Source: Acidobacteria bacterium Ga0074141
GTDB lineage: Bacteria > Acidobacteriota > Blastocatellia > Pyrinomonadales > Pyrinomonadaceae
DNA length: 64,000 nucleotides
Reading direction: 5' to 3'
NCBI GenBank assembly: GCA_001464665.1
Contig: LNDP01000023.1
Span: forward strand, 158,157-222,156
Below are positions 53,855-60,798 of this stretch, piece by piece (position 1 is the stretch's first letter; each line of letters starts with the position of its first letter). Below the pieces are notes generated by a model that saw nothing but the letters and a program-made list of their open reading frames with translations, made no database searches and was not told the origin of the DNA. The translations under genes were made by a program, and so were the position numbers.

Positions 53855-54360
53855 TCCGTGAGGTCATAGAAAAGAAAGCCGCAAAGGCAATCGCCGAGTC
53901 GCGGTACGGCAAGACCAAAGCCGCCCGCTTCTCCGCCGCCATTCTCGATGAGGATCGGCTCGAAGCACCGGATTCGCTTGAGGATACGCTCCAAGACTCG
54001 CGATCGAAACGGCGAGTATTGATGATTTGTATCGGCGTCAATGTTGTTTCCTGGCTGTCGATCTTTCTGATCCCCAACGTGGTCTCAACGATTGCTATTG
54101 GGCTCGAACTTCTCTTGGCGAAAGGATCAGCATTGCTCCTCGCTCCCGCGTTCGGGTTCACGATGCTGGCATCGTTTTCGGTTCTCCGCTCATGGTTCCC
54201 GCCAGTTCCGAAAAGCAGCGATGATGGCGGAGTAATGTCGAGCTATGAGCAGGGTGTCGATTCCCTGCTCACCTGGAAACTTTGGGTTGCTTCGAGCGCA
54301 CTTGGCGGAATAAATGCCATCCTCCTCGCCGTCACCTTCGTCTGGTCAAATGGCGGATAG
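53851..54360 (+). CDS. hypothetical membrane protein
   Basis: 169 aa whose start overlaps the apbC stop (ATGA). It has 3-4 hydrophobic segments and no recognisable family. Confidence 0.55.
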   Translation: MIREVIEKKAAKAIAESRYGKTKAARFSAAILDEDRLEAPDSLEDTLQDSRSKRRVLMICIGVNVVSWLSIFLIPNVVSTIAIGLELLLAKGSALLLAPAFGFTMLASFSVLRSWFPPVPKSSDDGGVMSSYEQGVDSLLTWKLWVASSALGGINAILLAVTFVWSNGG

Positions 54361-54391
54361 CGGGCCTTGCCTCAAAGGGTGGTTGCAAAGC

Positions 54392-54420
54392 TTGTAAATT
54401 GAACAAGAAATGTTTAAGAT
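54392..54420 (+). promoter_or_regulatory. candidate promoter of erpA
   Basis: TTGTAA, a 17-nt spacer, then TAAGAT. Confidence 0.35.
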
Positions 54421-54478
54421 TACAATTAAGTAAGGATTCGCAGGGCGGGTCCTTTTCAACAAAAGGAGAAGAACACGA

Positions 54479-54835
54479 ATGTCAGCAGTAGCAGCACCAA
54501 ATATTGACTTAGGCGTAACTGAAGCAGCTTCGGTCGAGATCAAAAAGTTTTTGGCCGGCGAGGAAGATCTGCCGGAAACGGCCGGGCTTCGCGTACGCGT
54601 TGTGCCGGGCGGATGCTCCGGTTTTCAGTACAGTCTGAATATTGAAGAAGAATCGAAAGCCGGCGATTTCATCCTCGACAAATTTGGCATCAAGCTCTTT
54701 GTCGATATGTTCTCGGCCCAGTATTTGAATGGCGTCGTGGTCGACTACACATCGAACATGATGGGCTCGGGCTTCACCTTTGAGAACCCGAACGCCACCG
54801 GCGGCTGCGGCTGCGGAACGTCGTTCTCTGCCTAA
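54479..54835 (+). CDS. erpA: A-type Fe-S cluster insertion protein (ErpA/IscA/HesB family)
   Basis: GGCSGFQY and the C-terminal GCGCGTSF cysteine ligands. GGAGAAG RBS. Confidence 0.9.
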   Translation: MSAVAAPNIDLGVTEAASVEIKKFLAGEEDLPETAGLRVRVVPGGCSGFQYSLNIEEESKAGDFILDKFGIKLFVDMFSAQYLNGVVVDYTSNMMGSGFTFENPNATGGCGCGTSFSA

Positions 54836-54858
54836 TTGAAGTTACAGTTTTCACATAT

Positions 54859-54890
54859 AAGCCTCGGCATTTCGTCGGGGCTTTTCTTTG
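54859..54890 (+). terminator. terminator of erpA
   Basis: AAGCCTCG gcatttcgt CGGGGCTT followed by TTTCTTTG. This argues against the 54836..55123 ORF. Confidence 0.7.
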
Positions 54891-55126
54891 CTTTTGCCGG
54901 TGCTCTTGCAATCGAACTATGGAAAATGCTAGGGTATTGTTTGGCTAGCAACGTGGGACCCGCATTTCCTGCTTTCATGCCGGCCGTCAAAAGAAACAAG
55001 AAAAAAATTAGAACGCATTATTTGATCGTTATCGATCTTGATTCCACCTTCGCTTTGCGACCCCTTCTTGGCAACGAGCCATTTGCAACCGCGTTCTGCA
55101 AAAAAGATCATCAGGAGAAATAAGGT

Positions 55127-55813
55127 TTGAAGTTTAATTCATTGGTTCGTATAGCGTTGTCCGTTTTGTGTTTGGGTGTTTTTGCGTCGGCTACGGTTGT
55201 AGCCCAAGACCGCCCAAGGGTGGTAAAGCCGGTCTCGAGCCGGCCGATCAATCAACCGCCCGCCCCTCCGCAAACCCAGCCAGTAGTCACCCGCTCAACC
55301 TCACAACGCCCCGTACTTACCAGTGATGTAAATGTTGTCCCCGCAGTGCCGCTCGTGAAAAAGACCGGCGAATCGAGCCCGGTCAAGGCGATGAACAAGG
55401 CCGCCGCCCGCCGAACGGTCTATGGCGGTTCCGCATCCAGCCTCATCCTTCAAGGTATCAACAGCCGTCTTGGCATCCCGTATCGCTATGGCTCACAGGG
55501 TCCGTACACCTATGATTGCTCCGGATTCGTCTGGTCCGTCTTCCGCGACTCGGGCATCGAGTTCGAACGGACGAGTGCTCGTTCGCTTTGGGCGATGTCA
55601 ACTCCGGTGACCGGCGATGACCGCTACGTATTCGGCACTCTCGTGTTCCTGAACAAACTCGGCCACATCGGCATCGTTGCCGATGAGAACGGTTTCTACC
55701 ACGCCTCGCGCAGTAAAGGAATCACGTACTCGCCTTTCAAAGGGTATTGGGAAAAACGAATTGACGGTTTCCGCAGACTGGATCTGCCGGTCGCCGATAC
55801 TCTGGCCAAATAG
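55127..55813 (+). CDS. NlpC/P60 (C40) cell-wall peptidase
   Basis: TTG start, a signal peptide, a Pro/Gln-rich linker, the catalytic YDCSGFVWSVF, and GHIGIV (His). Confidence 0.85.
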   Translation: MKFNSLVRIALSVLCLGVFASATVVAQDRPRVVKPVSSRPINQPPAPPQTQPVVTRSTSQRPVLTSDVNVVPAVPLVKKTGESSPVKAMNKAAARRTVYGGSASSLILQGINSRLGIPYRYGSQGPYTYDCSGFVWSVFRDSGIEFERTSARSLWAMSTPVTGDDRYVFGTLVFLNKLGHIGIVADENGFYHASRSKGITYSPFKGYWEKRIDGFRRLDLPVADTLAK

Positions 55814-55888
55814 CCATCACGAACATAACTTTTCGAAAGCCGGGGAACTTTGCTTCTCCGGCTTTCCTGCTTTTGGGTAACGTACCCG

Positions 55889-56098
55889 TCAGGCAATAAA
55901 GCCCGGCCGGCTATTCGAATGGGTCGATTCGCCGAAGGCAGCCACATGCGCGATCGAGACGTTGAACGTCTTCCCGTCCTCGTCAGCTATCACAACGATC
56001 CCGTTGCCGACAGACTTTACCTTACCGCGTAGTGTCACGCCCGGTCCGATCACCAGATCGACCTCTTTTCCTTCCATTCCGGCTAAAAGCTCTTCCAT
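55889..56098 (-). CDS. small hypothetical protein (possible Sm/PRC-barrel-like fold)
   Basis: 69-aa ORF: GKEVDLVIGPGVTLRGKVKSVGNGIVVIADEDGKTFNVSIAHV. The pattern of short beta strands resembles small Sm-like proteins. This is weak evidence. Confidence 0.4.
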   Translation of the reverse strand: MEELLAGMEGKEVDLVIGPGVTLRGKVKSVGNGIVVIADEDGKTFNVSIAHVAAFGESTHSNSRPGFIA

Positions 56099-56259
56099 AA
56101 ATATAATTAGATAACAGAATATTTTGCCGTTTCATTCTATTCCCTTCTCCGTTTAACGCCAAGCCACCGCCGATCGAATGTGAATCTTGCACTTTAGTGT
56201 TCAGATTGACCGATTTTCGCTCATTTCGCGTCACAGTCGATCAATTTGAAAAATTAGTG

Positions 56260-56288
56260 TTGCGTTATGTTTGTCACCGTTGTAAATT
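56260..56288 (+). promoter_or_regulatory. candidate promoter of the S8 peptidase gene
   Basis: TTGCGT, a 17-nt spacer, then TAAATT. A perfect 7-bp hairpin ACTCACG gtt CGTGAGT (56297..56313) follows. Confidence 0.3.
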
Positions 56289-56383
56289 GTTAGCTGACTC
56301 ACGGTTCGTGAGTTGATCCTATCGCCCCTCTCAAAAAGGCCTCGCAGTACCCCATCTCAGTTTTAGGAGCTGATCAAACCAAA

Positions 56384-58249
56384 ATGAAAAGACTCTCTCT
56401 TGTCCTTGTCGTAGGCATAGCCGCCATGTCGGCTCTCCTGGTTCTCTCACCACAAACCTCGGGTAAGTCTGAAAAACTGATCAAGCACGAAAATTCCGTC
56501 CCCGGAAGGTATATTGTCGTATTTGATCCTGATTCGGTTCAGGGGTTTTCTACCGAAGCGGAAATGAGCGCCGTCTCGCACAATATCGCCGCCGAATATA
56601 ACGCGGCTGTCGATAAAGTGTGGGAAAGCGCCGTTCAGGGCTTCTCGGCCGAAATGTCCCCCAAAGATGCCGAGCGCCTCAGCCGCGACCCGCGCGTCAA
56701 GCTGGTCGAAGAGGATATGATCGCCTATGCCGGCAACGTGCAGGGCTCTGCTGACTGGGGGCTTGACCGTATTGACCAACGTGGACTACCGCTGAATGGC
56801 GCATTTACCTATTCCGAAACCGGACAGGGCGTAAATGTCTATGTGATCGATAGCGGCATCCGCCCGACCCACGTCGAATTTGGCGGGCGAGCGGCTGTTG
56901 CTTTTGACGCGGTCAACGACGGCCAGAACGGCATTGACTGCCACGGACACGGTACGCACGTCGCCGGAACGGTCGCAAGTTCGACCTACGGCGTCGCGAA
57001 GCAAGCAAACGTCTATGGCGTTCGCGTGCTTTCCTGCGGCGGCTCAGGACTCGTTTCAAACATCATTACCGGCGTCAACTGGGTTAAGAACAATCGCGTA
57101 AACCCGGCAGTCGTCAACATGAGCCTCTGGGTCAGTGCCGTTTCGACTACGCTTGACAGCGCGATCAACAGCTCGGTCGCCTCGGGCGTAACGCACGTTG
57201 TTGCCGCCGGCAATCGCAACCTTGACGCCTGTAACTATTCGCCTTCAAGCGCATCGTCGGCACTTGTTGTCGCCGCGACCGGCAGCGATGACGCGAAGGC
57301 TTCCTATTCGAACTGGGGGACGTGTGTCGATCTCTTCGCTCCAGGCTCCGGCATCACATCGCTCGGGCATTCGAGCGACACAGCAATTCGTGGCATGAGC
57401 GGCACATCGATGTCCTCGCCGATGGTCGCCGGTGCCGCAGCACTTTATCTTCAGGCAAATCCGACCGCAAGCCCGACGACCTTAAAGAATCGCATTCTTG
57501 CCGATTCGACATCCGGTGTTGTCAGCGGGCTCGACACCGTAACGCCAAACAAAATGCTTTACTCATGGCTTGGCGATTCGCAGCCGCCGACACCAGGTTC
57601 GGTCACGATAATCAAGCAGGTCCTTACGGCCACCGGCGGAACAGCATCCACCGATACCTTTACGTACTCTGCCAGCAACATCGGAGCGACCGCTTTCACG
57701 CTAGTTGATAACGACGCCCCACCCGAGGACCGGTACGTGGACGCAAACGTATTTGTCCAGAATGTTTCGAGCACGATAGCAGTTAGCGAAGATATTAAGC
57801 ACGGCTGGCAGCTCAACTCCATCAACTGTGTCGAAACCGCCGGCGGCGGGCTACCCAATCAGCAGAACACCACGACCGATCTCAATACAAAAACCGCTAA
57901 CATCATTGTCGAAGAGGGCGAAGCGGTCACCTGCACCTTCACAAGTAGCCAGATCGCTCCAACCTCGGCCGGTGCGACCGTCATGGGTCGTGTGTTGAAT
58001 GACGACGGTTCGGCTATATCATCCTCTCGCTTGACCCTGCTAAACCTTTCGACCGGTGAAGAGTGGTCGGCGTTGACCAACTCATTCGGCTACTTTGTAT
58101 TTGAGGGAATACCGGTTTCTGGCTTCTATGCTGTCTCGGTCAATGAAAGCAAGCGGCACGTTTTCGCCCCGGCGACCCGGACATTCTCGCTCGACGGCGA
58201 CATAAGCGGCCTCGACTTCGAGGCATCTCAGCGAACAGAATGGCCATGA
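56384..58249 (+). CDS. secreted S8 (proteinase K-like) serine peptidase with I9 propeptide and C-terminal CarboxypepD_reg-like module
   Basis: AGGAG RBS, a signal peptide and an I9-like propeptide (YIVVF...GFSAEMS). The catalytic triad is VYVIDSGI (Asp), HGTHVAGT (His) and GTSMSSPMVAG (Ser). A prealbumin-like middle domain (GWQLNSINC...VTCTFTS) is followed by GRVLNDDG...TNSFGYFVFEGI... Confidence 0.92.
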   Translation: MKRLSLVLVVGIAAMSALLVLSPQTSGKSEKLIKHENSVPGRYIVVFDPDSVQGFSTEAEMSAVSHNIAAEYNAAVDKVWESAVQGFSAEMSPKDAERLSRDPRVKLVEEDMIAYAGNVQGSADWGLDRIDQRGLPLNGAFTYSETGQGVNVYVIDSGIRPTHVEFGGRAAVAFDAVNDGQNGIDCHGHGTHVAGTVASSTYGVAKQANVYGVRVLSCGGSGLVSNIITGVNWVKNNRVNPAVVNMSLWVSAVSTTLDSAINSSVASGVTHVVAAGNRNLDACNYSPSSASSALVVAATGSDDAKASYSNWGTCVDLFAPGSGITSLGHSSDTAIRGMSGTSMSSPMVAGAAALYLQANPTASPTTLKNRILADSTSGVVSGLDTVTPNKMLYSWLGDSQPPTPGSVTIIKQVLTATGGTASTDTFTYSASNIGATAFTLVDNDAPPEDRYVDANVFVQNVSSTIAVSEDIKHGWQLNSINCVETAGGGLPNQQNTTTDLNTKTANIIVEEGEAVTCTFTSSQIAPTSAGATVMGRVLNDDGSAISSSRLTLLNLSTGEEWSALTNSFGYFVFEGIPVSGFYAVSVNESKRHVFAPATRTFSLDGDISGLDFEASQRTEWP

Positions 58250-58280
58250 TCGCCTTCTAACCGCAAAACAGTAATAAAAA

Positions 58281-58315
58281 AACGCCTCGGTTTCGGCCGG
58301 GGCGTTCTACATTTT
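58281..58315 (+). terminator. terminator of the S8 peptidase gene
   Basis: AACGCCTCGG tttcgg CCGGGGCGTT stem. The downstream T-run is weak (TCTACATTTT). Confidence 0.6.
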
Positions 58316-58773
58316 CGGCGTCTGATCTGCGTTTTTAGGCGTAAATGGGGCATCGGTCAGGATGGATCAAAATACGTCAATGTATTTTTTGGAAAATGTC
58401 TGGAATGGCACTATACTCAGGCAAACGGAATGATAAAAGACGTCCTCTAATGAACGCATTCGACGTCCGAGATATTGTGGGCAGGATTAACAGCGACCAC
58501 AACCGGGTTCGATTTCATGCATTAGCGGAGAGTTTATTTGAAAAGCTTTTAACACTTACCGAACTTGGGACTTTTGATTTTTCTGACATACTTAGAATAA
58601 TTTGTTAGGCCCAACGGTAATGACCTTTAATGCACAAGTTTAGCGGCTTTGATCGAGGGCTCGGCGGGGAAACCCCGTCTCCGATGTATCGGAGATCTCC
58701 CCCGTCGGTTCACCGAATGAGTCCAGTCTGGTTCTCCTTTAGGGAGACTGTCGGTTTAGGAGTAAAGAGAATT

Positions 58774-59589
58774 ATGCGTTTCCCCCATGGAACAATTTCA
58801 AAGGTAGCAGCAGCGTTCATGCTCTGCACACTCGTATTTGTCAATTTGACCGCTGCTCAGTTCAAGAGCTCGGATGAAGATTCAAAGATCACCAAGATCG
58901 AAACACGTGCCGAGGTAGCACCGACTCCAGATCCGCTGCCCGGAAATCCGACCTGTGCCAGCATTAATCCTGCGTGGGGCGAATACAAGCTCGACTTTGA
59001 ATTTCCAAATGGCTCATTTCCATTCACGGCTCAGGGTGTGGTTCCGAAAAGAACTTACGACGCCGGCGGAACCGGATTGGCTCCGAACCCGAATCTGTAC
59101 ATGAACGTGTCTTCGTCAGGAGCAACGATGACGCAGTGGTCGCTTAGCCCGATCAATCAGATCGATCGGCTTATCGTTTACGTGATCGTAAAGGGCGGCA
59201 ATAGTGCCAACGGCTATTCGTACCCCACAGGATCGATCGGTGATACGGGGTCATTCACAACTCAAGGAACTCGAAATGCTATCAGCCACCTTACGTTCTG
59301 CTTCGATGCCTTTAGCGGGCCGTCGTCGGCTCCGGTTTCGATCTCGGGCCGAGCTCTGACTTCCGATGGGTCTGGGATCGCCTATACCCGTATTGAGGTA
59401 ATGGACCTTTCGACCGGTGAGGTAGTATCAGCGGTGACGAACCATTTCGGCTATTACACCGTCCCGCAGCTCGAGGCCGAGGCGATCTATATGGTGACAG
59501 CGATGCATAAGCGACATACGTTTATCAATAATCAAAGGACCGTGACGGCTAGCGAGGATCTGGCCGGGGTAGACTTCGTCGCTCCGTAG
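58774..59589 (+). CDS. secreted protein of unknown family with C-terminal CarboxypepD_reg-like module (paralog 1)
   Basis: The ATG at 58774 follows AGGAG and gives a signal peptide (AAAFMLCTLVFVNLTAAQ). It has a novel N-domain of about 150 aa with 2 conserved Cys, then FSGPSSAPVSISGRALT...TNHFGYYTV...AGVDFVAP. Confidence 0.65.
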   Translation: MRFPHGTISKVAAAFMLCTLVFVNLTAAQFKSSDEDSKITKIETRAEVAPTPDPLPGNPTCASINPAWGEYKLDFEFPNGSFPFTAQGVVPKRTYDAGGTGLAPNPNLYMNVSSSGATMTQWSLSPINQIDRLIVYVIVKGGNSANGYSYPTGSIGDTGSFTTQGTRNAISHLTFCFDAFSGPSSAPVSISGRALTSDGSGIAYTRIEVMDLSTGEVVSAVTNHFGYYTVPQLEAEAIYMVTAMHKRHTFINNQRTVTASEDLAGVDFVAP

Positions 59590-59681
59590 TCATTCGAGTT
59601 TTGAAGCCAGTCGTGGCCCGGAATAAGACGCATAGAAGCTCTGATCGACGACAAATGTCGCTCGCGTAGGCTTGATATTTG

Positions 59682-59726
59682 TTGACATGTCTGAATTTAT
59701 CTGTTAAACATTCCATATTGTTTAAC
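59682..59726 (+). promoter_or_regulatory. candidate promoter plus palindromic operator of paralog 2
   Basis: TTGACA (59682..59687), a 17-nt spacer, then TAAACA. The perfect inverted repeat GTTAAACA-N8-TGTTTAAC (59703..59726) overlaps the -10. Confidence 0.4.
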
Positions 59727-59810
59727 ATATTGGCAGAGCCCCGGACCGGCCTTTCCGTCCGGTAATTTGGGTCCGAGTGCCCTTTTGCATTAAAGAGGAG
59801 TTAAGGAGTT

Positions 59811-60698
59811 ATGAGTTTCCCCAAGATAAGTTTCGCAAGAATTCAGTTATTCCGTTACTTGGCTTTTACCGTCTGCGTGGTAATGCTATCGCAGGCGTCT
59901 TTCGCACAGTTCGCTAGGCAAGCTCCGGTAGGAAAAACCTTGTTGACACGTGAAGATACTAAAGCACCGTTGGGCACCGATCAGATCGCCCCAACCCCGA
60001 TCCAGGTCACCTACGGCTACAGTGTTTGTAAGGAGATCTTTGATACTGGTGACCCGCGGTTTCCGCAGGTCTCAAATGAGGCAGAATTGATTATCAATTC
60101 GATCCCGCCCTTTCCGGCTCCGGCGTCGCTGATCACGGGGATCAATCCGATTCGACAGCACTTCCCGGGAAGTCTCGGCGACAATACGAACTTGTTTATC
60201 GCCTTCAACAATGTCGGCAACACATCGTTCACGGGTTGGGATCTGAGTTGGACATCACCAGCCAACGTCGACCGGCTCGTCTCGATCATAGCGATCCGAG
60301 CGAATCCTTCGGGACTTACGAATGTTTACTCGTACCCGAATTTGGCGGCAAGTGATACGGGCACGTTTACGGCTCCCGGCGGTGGAGTGATTGATCAGAT
60401 CAACATTTGCTTTGAGCCGTTCTCAGGGCCTTCGTCTGCTCCGGTTGCGATCTCGGGTCGTGCATTGACCGCGGAGGGTATGGGAATTTCCGGAACGAGA
60501 ATAACCGCAGTGAACATTTCGACTGGCGAATCCCACTCGGCCATCACCAATCCTTTCGGGTACTACTCGGTCGAAGGACTCGTTTCCGAAGCGATCTATA
60601 TGGTCACTGCAACTCACAAGCGTCACACGTTCCTCAATAATCAGAGAACGATCACCGTCAGTGAAGAAATTGCCGGTGTCGATTTCGTAGCTCCGTAG
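59811..60698 (+). CDS. secreted protein of unknown family with C-terminal CarboxypepD_reg-like module (paralog 2)
   Basis: AAGGAG RBS and a signal peptide (LAFTVCVVMLSQASFAQ). It is collinear with 58774..59589, and the two share the blocks DRLV, YSYP, DTGxFT, ICFE/FCFD and FSGPSSAPVxISGRALT, and end identically in AGVDFVAP. Confidence 0.65.
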   Translation: MSFPKISFARIQLFRYLAFTVCVVMLSQASFAQFARQAPVGKTLLTREDTKAPLGTDQIAPTPIQVTYGYSVCKEIFDTGDPRFPQVSNEAELIINSIPPFPAPASLITGINPIRQHFPGSLGDNTNLFIAFNNVGNTSFTGWDLSWTSPANVDRLVSIIAIRANPSGLTNVYSYPNLAASDTGTFTAPGGGVIDQINICFEPFSGPSSAPVAISGRALTAEGMGISGTRITAVNISTGESHSAITNPFGYYSVEGLVSEAIYMVTATHKRHTFLNNQRTITVSEEIAGVDFVAP

Positions 60699-60743
60699 AA
60701 AACAGCAGAAAAGAACTCCCATCGAAGATCTTATCTGGGGAGA

Positions 60744-60776
60744 AAAAAGGCGGCCCGCTTCCAAGCGGCCGCCTTT
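60744..60776. terminator. bidirectional terminator between paralog 2 and accC
   Basis: AAAAAAGGCGGCCCGC ttccaa GCGGCCGCCTTT. Confidence 0.8.
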
Positions 60777-60798
60777 CACGTTGTATCTTGTTCACAAT

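Noticed and set aside
54836-55123. 95-aa plus-strand ORF directly after erpA.
   Set aside because: It starts at a TTG immediately after the erpA stop and contains the erpA terminator hairpin (54859..54890). It has no RBS, and its composition is not protein-like after the first 30 codons.
54890-55126. Possible c-di-AMP (ydaO-type) riboswitch upstream of the NlpC/P60 gene, suggested by the known association of that riboswitch with cell-wall hydrolases and by the PgpH-like gene in the window.
   Set aside because: Only a weak GUGGGACCCG resemblance to the conserved GGGGACCCA segment is present. The other conserved blocks I remember are absent. An Infernal scan with RF00379 would settle it.
58490-58530. 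tRNA-like T-loop sequence GGGTTCGATTTC.
   Set aside because: The flanking 5-mers (CCGGG / TCATG) cannot form a T-stem, and no acceptor or anticodon arms can be drawn.
58345-58608. 87-aa ORF in the long spacer after the S8 gene.
   Set aside because: It has no RBS, a basic/Cys-rich N-terminal part and AT-rich composition. It is kept only as a remark in the leader finding.
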